Source: Oligoflexales bacterium | Lineage (GTDB): Bacteria > Bdellovibrionota_B > Oligoflexia > Oligoflexales > CAIYRB01 | Reading direction: 5' to 3' | DNA: 12,429 nt | NCBI GenBank assembly: GCA_041736175.1 | Contig: JBGSUI010000008.1 | Location: forward strand, 1 to 12,429 | Shown here: piece after piece, positions 1-7,307 of the stretch | Layout: every line of letters starts with the position of its first letter | Numbering within the stretch: position 1 is the first letter of the stretch | The notes under the pieces: model-generated | Database searches by the model: none | Seen by the model: the letters and a program-made list of their open reading frames with translations, nothing else | What the model was told of the DNA's origin: nothing | Position numbers and translations under genes: made by a program

Positions 1-38
1 ATCTTGCAATCACCGCACTGTTCACCTAGGAGTCTTAT

Positions 39-956
39 ATGTTCATCGTAAAGTTCAGAAAAATTGGTTTTATGCTCGGTTTTATTGTGATTCTTGGATC
101 TTTTTCTTCCTGTATAAATAAACAGGAAAGTTCGTCACCAAAAGTTGCGTTTGGGTTGGAACCAGACACTAATCCAGCAGCAGCTCAAAACTCTTGGATC
201 GTGAAGATAGAAAGTATTTTTGATGATGTGACCGGAGGAAATTGCACTGGAAGTTTGATAAGTCCAAATTTGATTTTGACAGCTCATCACTGCTTAAAAG
301 ATGGCCATACGAATTTATTGATGGGGTCGGTTATTTTTAGATTTGGCACTAACAATCCATCGAAACATAGAATATCTAAATCAAACATTCATTTGTTCAA
401 TGGTTTCGAACCTTTTTCTAAATCCGGGAAAAATTACAGTAAAAATGACTTGGCCTTCGTCCAACTTTCTGAACCGGTGGATAAATCCCTTATACAGAAT
501 CTTCCTGAAGTCATTTTAAAACAAAATGACTTTAACAGCCATGTTTCTTATGGACGCGGACGCATCATGTTTTTTGGTTACGGCCTTGACCAATCAGGCA
601 ATGACACCAAAAGACTTCTTTTTGGTGAGGCGATACCTCGAAGCCTTGCTGGGTGCAATCCAACTCTTTTTAAAACTGAGACGTTTGGAGGGGAGGCTTC
701 CTTTTGTTGGTCTGGATCAGCTCGGGCCACCTCTCTGAGACCGGGCGACTCTGGAGGACCTGTGACTGTTTTTAAAGACGGCAAGCATTATTTAGTTGGC
801 GTTTCTGCTAGTTTTATGGAGGAAAATAAGGCCGTACCGGTAAGTTTGGCAACTAAATTAACTGATGAAAATTTTGTCAAGTTTTTTAATGAAGTAAAAA
901 ATAATGCTGACCGCGCATTGCTAAAACCAACAGTGCAGCCATGCGCCATTCAGTAA
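39..956 (+). CDS. Trypsin-like (peptidase S1) serine protease, predicted lipoprotein (protease 1)
   Basis: Motifs CTGSLI, LTAHHC (His), NDLAFVQL (Asp), GDSGGP (Ser). Basic then hydrophobic N-terminus ending FSS-C. AGGAG precedes the ATG. Confidence 0.93.
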   Translation: MFIVKFRKIGFMLGFIVILGSFSSCINKQESSSPKVAFGLEPDTNPAAAQNSWIVKIESIFDDVTGGNCTGSLISPNLILTAHHCLKDGHTNLLMGSVIFRFGTNNPSKHRISKSNIHLFNGFEPFSKSGKNYSKNDLAFVQLSEPVDKSLIQNLPEVILKQNDFNSHVSYGRGRIMFFGYGLDQSGNDTKRLLFGEAIPRSLAGCNPTLFKTETFGGEASFCWSGSARATSLRPGDSGGPVTVFKDGKHYLVGVSASFMEENKAVPVSLATKLTDENFVKFFNEVKNNADRALLKPTVQPCAIQ

Positions 957-1038
957 AAAAACAGAGAATCCCGTGGAATGGCATGGCTGGTAGGGGACAA
1001 CGAGTGTTTGAGTTCCATAGAGCCATCTAAATATACTT

Positions 1039-1248
1039 CTATTTAAACACAAAAGCCGCACCCACCATCCCTCCGACGGCCTGGCTCGTGGTCGACACTT
1101 TACCTTCCGCAAGGCACCGGGCCGTATCGTCCTCGCAGATCTCCCATTGGCCCCTCTGGCCCATCACGCCAGCTTGGAGCGCCAGCATAGAACGTGGATA
1201 AAACTCACCCACCAGACTGCCGCTCGAAACTTGATGTTTGTCGGTGGC
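1039..1248 (-). pseudogene. Orphan 3' end (70 codons including stop) of the 2450-4036 gene
   Basis: Encodes ATDKHQVSSGSLVGEFYPR...GAAFVFK*, matching the 528-aa ORF C-terminus except P>S and S>A. The 5' part is absent. Confidence 0.92.
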
Positions 1249-1278
1249 TAAAGACTCGACAACTGCTAAGAGAACACC

Positions 1279-1295
1279 GAACCAAAATTTGGGCA
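1279..1295 (+). promoter_or_regulatory. Candidate upstream activator (bEBP) site
   Basis: GAACCAAAATTTGGGCA shares ACCAAAATTT and the terminal CA with 6104-6120. Starts 104 bp before a sigma-54 motif. Confidence 0.4.
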
Positions 1296-1382
1296 ATCCA
1301 TCCTAAGTCAACGCCGATATAGTTTATCAAAACACCAGGTTTTACTAGCCATTTTTTATTGAGAATCCCTCTAAAATCTTAG

Positions 1383-1398
1383 TGGCATAAGACTTGCT
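1383..1398 (+). promoter_or_regulatory. Sigma-54 (RpoN) -24/-12 promoter for protease 2
   Basis: TGGCATAAGACTTGCT has GG-N10-GC and fits TGGCAC-N5-TTGCW with one mismatch. About 60 bp upstream of ATG 1462. Confidence 0.72.
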
Positions 1399-1423
1399 GA
1401 CAAGACTTGCTGGTATCAGAGTC

Positions 1424-2659
1424 ATCTTACAATCACCGTACTGGTCACCTAGGAGTCTTATATGTTCATCGTAAAATTCACAAAAATTGGTTTTATTGTG
1501 ATTCTTGGATCTTTTTCTTCCTGTATAAATAAACAGGAACGTTCGTCACCAAAAGTTGCGTTTGGGTTGGAACCAGAAACTAATCCGGCAGCAGCTCAAA
1601 ACTCTTGGATCGTGAAGATAGAAAGCAATTTTAATGATTTTTCTAGTCGTAGATGCACTGGAAGTTTGACAAGTCCAAACTTGATTTTGACAGCTAATCA
1701 CTGCTTTACAAAAGACAATGCTAGGTTAATTGGGGTATCGGTTATTTTTAGATTTGGCACTGAGGATCAATCGATACGCAGTATATCTAAAAACAACTTA
1801 TATTTGTTTGATGGTTTCGAACATCCTTCTATATCCGGGAAACCTTACCATAAAAACGACTTGGCTTTGGTCCAACTTTCTAATCCAGTGGATGACTCAC
1901 TTAAACAGAATCTTCCTGAAGTCATTTTAAAACAAAATGACTTTAACAGCCATGTTTCTTATGGACGCGGACGCATCATGTTTTTTGGTTACGGCCTTAA
2001 CGAATCAGGCAATCAAACCAACAGACTTCTTTTTGGTGAGGCGATACCTCGAAGCCTTGCTGAATGCGAGCCAACTCGTGTTAAAACTGAGGCGTTTGGA
2101 GGAGAATCTTCATTTTGTTGGACTGGAACAGCTCGGTCCACATCTCTGAGAGATGGCGACTCTGGAGGACCAGTGACTGTTTTTAAAGACGGCAAGCATT
2201 ATTTAGTTGGCGTTTCTGTTACTGTTGTCAGGGAAAATAAGGCCGTACTGGTAAATAAGGCAAATAAATTAACTGATGAAAATTTTGTCAAGTTTTTTAA
2301 TGAAGTAAAAAATAAAGCTGACCTCGCATTGCTGCAACCAACAGTGCAGCCATGCTCCATTCAGTAAAAAAACCAAGACTCCAGTGGATCGGCATGGCTG
2401 GTGTGGGACAACGACTGTTTGAGTTCCATAGAGCCATCTAAATATACTTCTATTTAAAGACAAAAGCCGCACCCACCATCCCTCCGACGGCCTGGCTCGT
2501 GGTCGACACTTTACCTTCCGCAAGGCACCGGGCCGTATCATCCTCGCAGATCTCCCATTGGCCCCTCTGGCCCATCACACCAGCCTGGAGGGATAGCATC
2601 GGGCGTGGATAAAACTCACCCACCAGACTGCCGCTGGACACTTGATGTTTGTCGGTGGC
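1424..2659 (+). repeat. Diverged tandem duplication, copy B
   Basis: Aligns with 1-1248 and includes the true 3' end of the 2450-4036 gene. Confidence 0.95.
1462..2367 (+). CDS. Trypsin-like (peptidase S1) serine protease, predicted lipoprotein (protease 2), close homolog of 39-956
   Basis: LTANHC, NDLALVQL, GDSGGP. Same signal peptide minus 4 aa. AGGAG RBS. Confidence 0.93.
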   Translation: MFIVKFTKIGFIVILGSFSSCINKQERSSPKVAFGLEPETNPAAAQNSWIVKIESNFNDFSSRRCTGSLTSPNLILTANHCFTKDNARLIGVSVIFRFGTEDQSIRSISKNNLYLFDGFEHPSISGKPYHKNDLALVQLSNPVDDSLKQNLPEVILKQNDFNSHVSYGRGRIMFFGYGLNESGNQTNRLLFGEAIPRSLAECEPTRVKTEAFGGESSFCWTGTARSTSLRDGDSGGPVTVFKDGKHYLVGVSVTVVRENKAVLVNKANKLTDENFVKFFNEVKNKADLALLQPTVQPCSIQ

Positions 2660-4036
2660 ATGGACCAGGTGAAAGGCCTCAAGCCACATCCCGACGGTCG
2701 ATCCCCCCCAAAAAAAGCTTAGCTTGCCACCACCGAGGGTCATGACCTGGTCTTTGATTTTTGGGTCTTCGGGAAAAGGCGTGCTGCGTGTGGGTATATC
2801 ATAAGTGGTCGGCAGGAGGGGCTGGGAGGTCCCCCCACCGATCAAGCTCAAACTAAGACTACCTTCATTGACTTCCCAAAAACTTAAAAAATCAAAACCA
2901 ACCCCTCCATGGAGGAGAAACCGTGTCGACGATAACTCTGGCTCGAGTTTAAGCCCACCATCGGTAACTTGGTTTGCAAGTCGGGGCAGCTTGCCGGCGA
3001 GCTTCCAGCCGCTTCCTTCGAGACTGAGGACAAATCCCGGGATCGGGCTAGCCCAGACCCGTAGGACGCCGCCACCCGTTGTAAATTCGTTTTCTAGAGT
3101 GAGGTCGAGCTTAGTGAGAGAAATAGTTTCTCTAAGGTAAATCCCATTGAGCGCGACCTCCTGCAGGAGTCTTTCCCGGGGCGGCACAGGGATTAAGGGA
3201 GGCAGAGGGGGGTCAGGGGATTGCTGGGCTCCTTCAGCGACTGGTGTGGTCCCAGACACCGGCGCCTGGGACACTGGCGGCGGCGATGGAGGAGGAGGTG
3301 GCGGAGTGAGTGGTCGACCGCTCGAAAAAAACAGCGACGGCAAAAAATGATAGCTCCGCTGCAAGGAAACCGCCCCCTTTTGGGGAATCACTTCGATCAT
3401 AGTCAGCCCTCCCCCTTGGGGGACGATCAGAGAGGTGGCTGTGGTGGTAGAAATGCGAGTTCTGCCGCTTTGGTCAAACATAAAAATTTTATATTGGTCT
3501 GATCCCTTGACAGCAGCCCAGGAAACTCGGGCTGCTTTGGGACGGGAGACTGCGGGGTCAAGGGCTACAAAGGAGCCCGACACCGTGCTCATGACCTCAC
3601 CACCAAACCCTTTTTTGTCTGCCTTAGCGAGCCGCCAGTGGTAGACCCCCTCTTGGGGTGCAATCCACAGAAAACCCGTCCCGCGAACTTGGGTTTCAAA
3701 CACCCTCACCCCAAACCCCGCATCCCGCGCTACCTCTAAGATAAAAGCCGCGTCACGGTTAAGGGGCACCTGCCAGGCAATCTGGACGGGAATCCCCGAG
3801 GACGCCAGCTCTCCGCTGGAAGCCCCCCCGCTGCCTTCGGGCGTCGGTCCGTCGGGGGAGCCCGCTGTCTGTGCCCTTAGGGGTCCACATATCAAGGACA
3901 AACACCCCAACGCTCCCACAGGGATCATCCGTAAAAACCTTAAGCCAAGCGTGCAGTGGACCACTGGAGACCCCCCTCCCAGGTAACTACTGATAAAGGA
4001 TGCATTAATATGATAATACACCAAGGGCGAGGTCAC
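2450..4036 (-). CDS. Hypothetical exported protein, possibly outer-membrane (beta-rich N-terminal region, Pro-rich linker, possible C-terminal beta-barrel); real start may be ATG at 3928
   Basis: 528-aa ORF. MIPVGALGCLSLICGPLRA-Q from 3928 looks like a signal peptide. PPPPPPSPPP linker. Amphipathic strands ending GAAFVFK. Family not recognised. Confidence 0.7.
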   Translation of the reverse strand: MTSPLVYYHINASFISSYLGGGSPVVHCTLGLRFLRMIPVGALGCLSLICGPLRAQTAGSPDGPTPEGSGGASSGELASSGIPVQIAWQVPLNRDAAFILEVARDAGFGVRVFETQVRGTGFLWIAPQEGVYHWRLAKADKKGFGGEVMSTVSGSFVALDPAVSRPKAARVSWAAVKGSDQYKIFMFDQSGRTRISTTTATSLIVPQGGGLTMIEVIPQKGAVSLQRSYHFLPSLFFSSGRPLTPPPPPPSPPPVSQAPVSGTTPVAEGAQQSPDPPLPPLIPVPPRERLLQEVALNGIYLRETISLTKLDLTLENEFTTGGGVLRVWASPIPGFVLSLEGSGWKLAGKLPRLANQVTDGGLKLEPELSSTRFLLHGGVGFDFLSFWEVNEGSLSLSLIGGGTSQPLLPTTYDIPTRSTPFPEDPKIKDQVMTLGGGKLSFFWGGSTVGMWLEAFHLVHATDKHQVSSGSLVGEFYPRPMLSLQAGVMGQRGQWEICEDDTARCLAEGKVSTTSQAVGGMVGAAFVFK

Positions 4037-4180
4037 GGATACTGGCCTCTACCTCTGGTAGTAAAGATCGTGACAAGTGCATTGCTCCTGGCACACGACC
4101 AAATGTAGGATCTAGCTGTTGGGTCTGACTCCAGACGTTCAAAGGACGTTTAAAGCTGCTTTACCGAAAGGACTTACTCT

Positions 4181-5314
4181 ATGGGTTTATCGCCTTCCAA
4201 AACTTCCCATGGCAACATTATTTTTGATTCCATGGGCACCATGGGACACGAACAGGTGGTTTTTGCCCACGATAAATCCTGTGGTCTTAAGGCGGTGATC
4301 GCCATCCACGACACCACCCTAGGCCCCGCCCTCGGGGGCTGCCGCCTCTGGGATTACGCCACCGACGAAGAGGCCATCGTAGATGCCCTCCGCCTGTCGA
4401 GGGGGATGACCTATAAGGCTGCGGTGGCTGGCCTGAGCTTAGGGGGAGGGAAAGCTGTGATCATTGGGGACCCCAAAAAGATCAAATCCGAAGCTCTGTT
4501 TAGGTCCTTTGGCCGTTTTATCGAGGGACTGAGAGGCCGCTATATCACCGCCGAAGATGTCAACATCACCCCCCAAGACATGGATTATGTGTCCATGGAA
4601 ACCCGGTATGTGAGCGGCCTTAATATCGCCGCTGGCTCCGGAGACCCATCACCCACGACCGCCCTTGGGGTGTTCCATGGGATCCGTTCAGCGGTGCTCC
4701 ATCGGCTTGGTAAAGACTCCTTGAAGGGTCTGACTGTGGCCGTACAAGGCTGCGGCGCGGTGGGCAGCCACCTATGTGAGCACCTGACAGTGGCGGGAGC
4801 TAAACTCGTGGTCGCCGACCTGGACGAAGGCCGTGCGGCCCGGGTCGCCCAAAAAGCCGGCGGCACGGTGGTCCCGATCACCCAGATCCATGGACAATCG
4901 GTCGATGTCTATGCCCCCTGCGCCCTTGGTGCCACCCTTAACGACGAAACGATCCCCAGCATCAGGGCCAAAGTCGTCGCCGGGGCCGCCAATAACCAAC
5001 TCCTCGACGAAAACCGCCACGGGGAGATGCTTCGCGAGCAAGGGATCCTTTATGCTCCCGACTATGTGGTGAATGCCGGAGGTCTGATCAACGTCTACTA
5101 CGAGCTTAAAGGCTACAACCGACAGTCCGTCGAGCGGCAAACCGCAGATATCTACCACACGCTTCTCAAGATCTTTACAGAGGCGGATACCCTCAAAATC
5201 CCCACCCATAAGGCTGCTGCCATCCATGCTGAGCGGCGGATCTCTGCCCTACGCCATACGACGAGCCTCTATCACCGTTACGATAACCAACCATGGCTAC
5301 GGCGGGATGCCTAA
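4181..5314 (+). CDS. ldh: Leucine dehydrogenase (Glu/Leu/Phe/Val dehydrogenase family)
   Basis: AIHDTTLGPALGGCR, LRLSRGMTYK, LGGGKAVI, YITAEDV, GDPSPTTA, VQGCGAVG (NAD binding), GAANNQL, YAPDYVVNAGG. Substrate assigned by family resemblance. Confidence 0.93.
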   Translation: MGLSPSKTSHGNIIFDSMGTMGHEQVVFAHDKSCGLKAVIAIHDTTLGPALGGCRLWDYATDEEAIVDALRLSRGMTYKAAVAGLSLGGGKAVIIGDPKKIKSEALFRSFGRFIEGLRGRYITAEDVNITPQDMDYVSMETRYVSGLNIAAGSGDPSPTTALGVFHGIRSAVLHRLGKDSLKGLTVAVQGCGAVGSHLCEHLTVAGAKLVVADLDEGRAARVAQKAGGTVVPITQIHGQSVDVYAPCALGATLNDETIPSIRAKVVAGAANNQLLDENRHGEMLREQGILYAPDYVVNAGGLINVYYELKGYNRQSVERQTADIYHTLLKIFTEADTLKIPTHKAAAIHAERRISALRHTTSLYHRYDNQPWLRRDA

Positions 5315-5379
5315 GACTCCCGCCAAAAGTTGAGACCCGGCATTTTAGAAGTATCATCATTTAATGGAGTGTAGGTCTC

Positions 5380-6021
5380 GTGAGTCCTGCTAAAATTTCA
5401 GTCAGGGGTTATCTGGTCTCGGGGGTACCGGCCTTCTTTTTAGCCTCTTGGGGGGTGGCCTTCGGCTTTTTGCTGCTCTCCCCGGGTATCCTATCCCTCT
5501 TAACCCTGATCTTCACCGTCTACGGACTCCCGCTCATCACTTACCGCCTCCACCAGGCCCTCTGGCCGGTGGAAGAGGGTCTATCCAAGATGATCGGCCC
5601 GGACTACTCCCCCTGGCACGGAACTCACCAAATCCAGCTTGTTTACATCGCCTTTCCGGCCCTTGAAACCTGGCTTAAGTTGGTGCCAGGCCTCTACAGC
5701 TCTTGGCTGCGGCTTTGGGGGAGTGAGATCGGTCGAGGGGTTTATTGGACTCCGGGGGTGGAAATCCTTGACCGTGGACTCGTGGTTGTCGGCGACGGCG
5801 TTCTCTTTGGCCATAGGTCCGGAATGGCAGCCCACGTCATCACTCCCAGAGACGGAAATCTCTCGCTCCTCGTCGCAAAAGTTCGCGTCGGATCAGGCAG
5901 CTTTGTCGGCGCAGGGTGTTATCTTGGTCCGGGGTGTGTGATTGAGCCTGGAGCCATGGTTCCCGCAGGAACAAATGTCAGACCCAAGCAAATCGTGACC
6001 CGTCAGGACAAACCAAGCTAA
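5380..6021 (+). CDS. Putative membrane-associated acyltransferase, hexapeptide-repeat (left-handed beta-helix) family
   Basis: N-terminal hydrophobic segments, WLRLWGSEIGRGVYW, and repeats VVVGDG, VRVGSG, SFVGAG, CYLGPG, CVIEPG, AMVPAG. GTG start with GGAG upstream. Confidence 0.8.
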   Translation: MSPAKISVRGYLVSGVPAFFLASWGVAFGFLLLSPGILSLLTLIFTVYGLPLITYRLHQALWPVEEGLSKMIGPDYSPWHGTHQIQLVYIAFPALETWLKLVPGLYSSWLRLWGSEIGRGVYWTPGVEILDRGLVVVGDGVLFGHRSGMAAHVITPRDGNLSLLVAKVRVGSGSFVGAGCYLGPGCVIEPGAMVPAGTNVRPKQIVTRQDKPS

Positions 6022-6103
6022 GTTTTGGCGTAGAGTAGGCGGCTGGCCAAAAGTCACCCCTCTACCACCTTAATTTAAGACTTTAACATTCGTTTTAAAA
6101 AAA

Positions 6104-6120
6104 TGACCAAAATTTAGTCA
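6104..6120. promoter_or_regulatory. Imperfect palindrome, candidate bEBP enhancer site
   Basis: TGACCAAAATTTAGTCA (reverse complement TGACTAAATTTTGGTCA). Starts 97 bp before a consensus sigma-54 motif across an AT-rich spacer. Confidence 0.5.
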
Positions 6121-6200
6121 TGTATATTAAATTTAGTCTTTTTAGGTAAATTATATACAAAAATTTTGAGCCGTTACCTGAAAACATTGTAGTTTTTTTT

Positions 6201-6216
6201 TGGCACACCAATTGCT
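6201..6216 (+). promoter_or_regulatory. Sigma-54 (RpoN) -24/-12 promoter for the 6280-8798 gene pair
   Basis: TGGCACACCAATTGCT matches TGGCAC-N5-TTGCW exactly and is preceded by a T run. Confidence 0.82.
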
Positions 6217-6279
6217 CCCTTTATCTATAAAAGAGAGGGTTTTAATTTTCCCTAGGCCCATTGATAGGAGCGTTTGTAA

Positions 6280-7281
6280 ATGTATTTCCATCTCCAAAAA
6301 TGCACCGGTTCATTATGGTTTCTAAATTCGAACATTCTTGTTTTGTCGATAGTCCTTTCGACTGGATGTAAAAATAATGAGAAAAAAAAAGAAGAATTAA
6401 CAGGAAAGCCTAAAAGCGAGCAATTGCCAGATAAAATACAAGGTGACAACGATAGATTTAGAAATATTGAAAACGACACACAAAACAATAATAAAATCGA
6501 AAAAAATGTAGAAAAACAAACCTTCCTTTCAACGGATGATTTTTCAAATGTAGATGAAAAAATTAACAGATCAGCGTTTGAAACGGCCATTCAGGGATTA
6601 AAATTTGGATTTCAAAACATTGGTAACCAGAGTACATCGATTCAAGATGTAGATGACTGCACTAAAAAAATGCAGAAAAATAACCTAAAAATTAGCGACC
6701 AGACTATAGAAAATAATGTTGAAATCAAGAATTGTTCGACGACTTTTAAGGGGCAGAAGGTGTTATTTGATTTCACAGGTAAAATGATGAAAAAATGCAG
6801 CAAAGATGGTTTTAGCAAACTAATTGGAAAAACAGATAATAACATTTTGGGGAAAGATCTCTTAGAGAATTGCAAATCAGCTAAAGTTTCAGAATATTTA
6901 AACGTCAAAATGGATTATGAAAATCAGGATATAAATGGTCGGACGCTTGGCAAAAGCTCATTAAAGTTCGCAAAAATGCAAAGAGATGGAGATTTTTGTC
7001 TCGTAGAAACAAAGTCGGATGCCGCTTCAATCGAAAATACCTGCGGATTTTATAGTAAAGAAACATATTCAAATTCAAATGGCGATAGCGATGTCAGAAA
7101 TCTGGTTTTTAAGGGGAATTTTGAGGGTGTAAAAATATCATATGGACGCCAATTCTATACTGGCGGATCGATGACGTTTACCTTAAACAATTGGTCAGGA
7201 ACTATATTTTTTAGCAATAGCAACCCCCGTTATGAGGCTAGGTCACAAAACGGTGAAACGATAAAAGGAAATATTAGGTAA
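6280..7281 (+). CDS. Hypothetical Cys-containing, Lys/Asn-rich predicted lipoprotein
   Basis: 333-aa AT-rich ORF with AGGAG RBS. ILVLSIVLSTG-C lipobox-like segment, charged tether, several Cys in the mature region. No family recognised. Confidence 0.8.
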   Translation: MYFHLQKCTGSLWFLNSNILVLSIVLSTGCKNNEKKKEELTGKPKSEQLPDKIQGDNDRFRNIENDTQNNNKIEKNVEKQTFLSTDDFSNVDEKINRSAFETAIQGLKFGFQNIGNQSTSIQDVDDCTKKMQKNNLKISDQTIENNVEIKNCSTTFKGQKVLFDFTGKMMKKCSKDGFSKLIGKTDNNILGKDLLENCKSAKVSEYLNVKMDYENQDINGRTLGKSSLKFAKMQRDGDFCLVETKSDAASIENTCGFYSKETYSNSNGDSDVRNLVFKGNFEGVKISYGRQFYTGGSMTFTLNNWSGTIFFSNSNPRYEARSQNGETIKGNIR

Positions 7282-7307
7282 CAATTTACAAATAAAGAGG
7301 ATTTAAA

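Larger units (their letters stand above)
1..1248 (+). repeat. Diverged tandem duplication, copy A (protease gene + intergenic + 3' end of the 2450-4036 gene); left end runs off the window
   Basis: Aligns with 1424-2659 (offset 1423 before a 12-bp indel, 1411 after). Similarity ends abruptly after ...GTCGGTGGC at 1248/2659. Confidence 0.95.

Noticed and set aside
957..1038. Integron attC site
   Set aside because: No convincing RYYYAAC...GTTRRRY pair with inner L boxes, not repeated after other cargo genes, and no integrase.
1039..1296. 85-aa ORF as a real gene
   Set aside because: Its first 16 codons come from the protease 2 upstream region read antisense from a TTG; best treated as an orphan fragment.
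526..2195. Small overlapping ORFs 526-738, 578-784, 921-1112, 1730-1930, 1937-2149, 2013-2195
   Set aside because: Alternative-frame or antisense shadows; their recurrence only reflects the duplication.
39..2367. Diversity-generating retroelement explanation for the variable protease pair
   Set aside because: Differences are not adenine-specific (many G/T, T/C, G/C), both copies are full genes, and no reverse transcriptase is present.
4071..4086. Sigma-54-like TGACAAGTGCATTGCT upstream of ldh
   Set aside because: GA replaces the near-invariant -24 GG, and the nearby TGGCAC (4089) lacks a correctly spaced GC.
2269..5941. Short alternative ORFs overlapping the three core genes
   Set aside because: Expected in GC-rich coding DNA, with no recognisable motifs.
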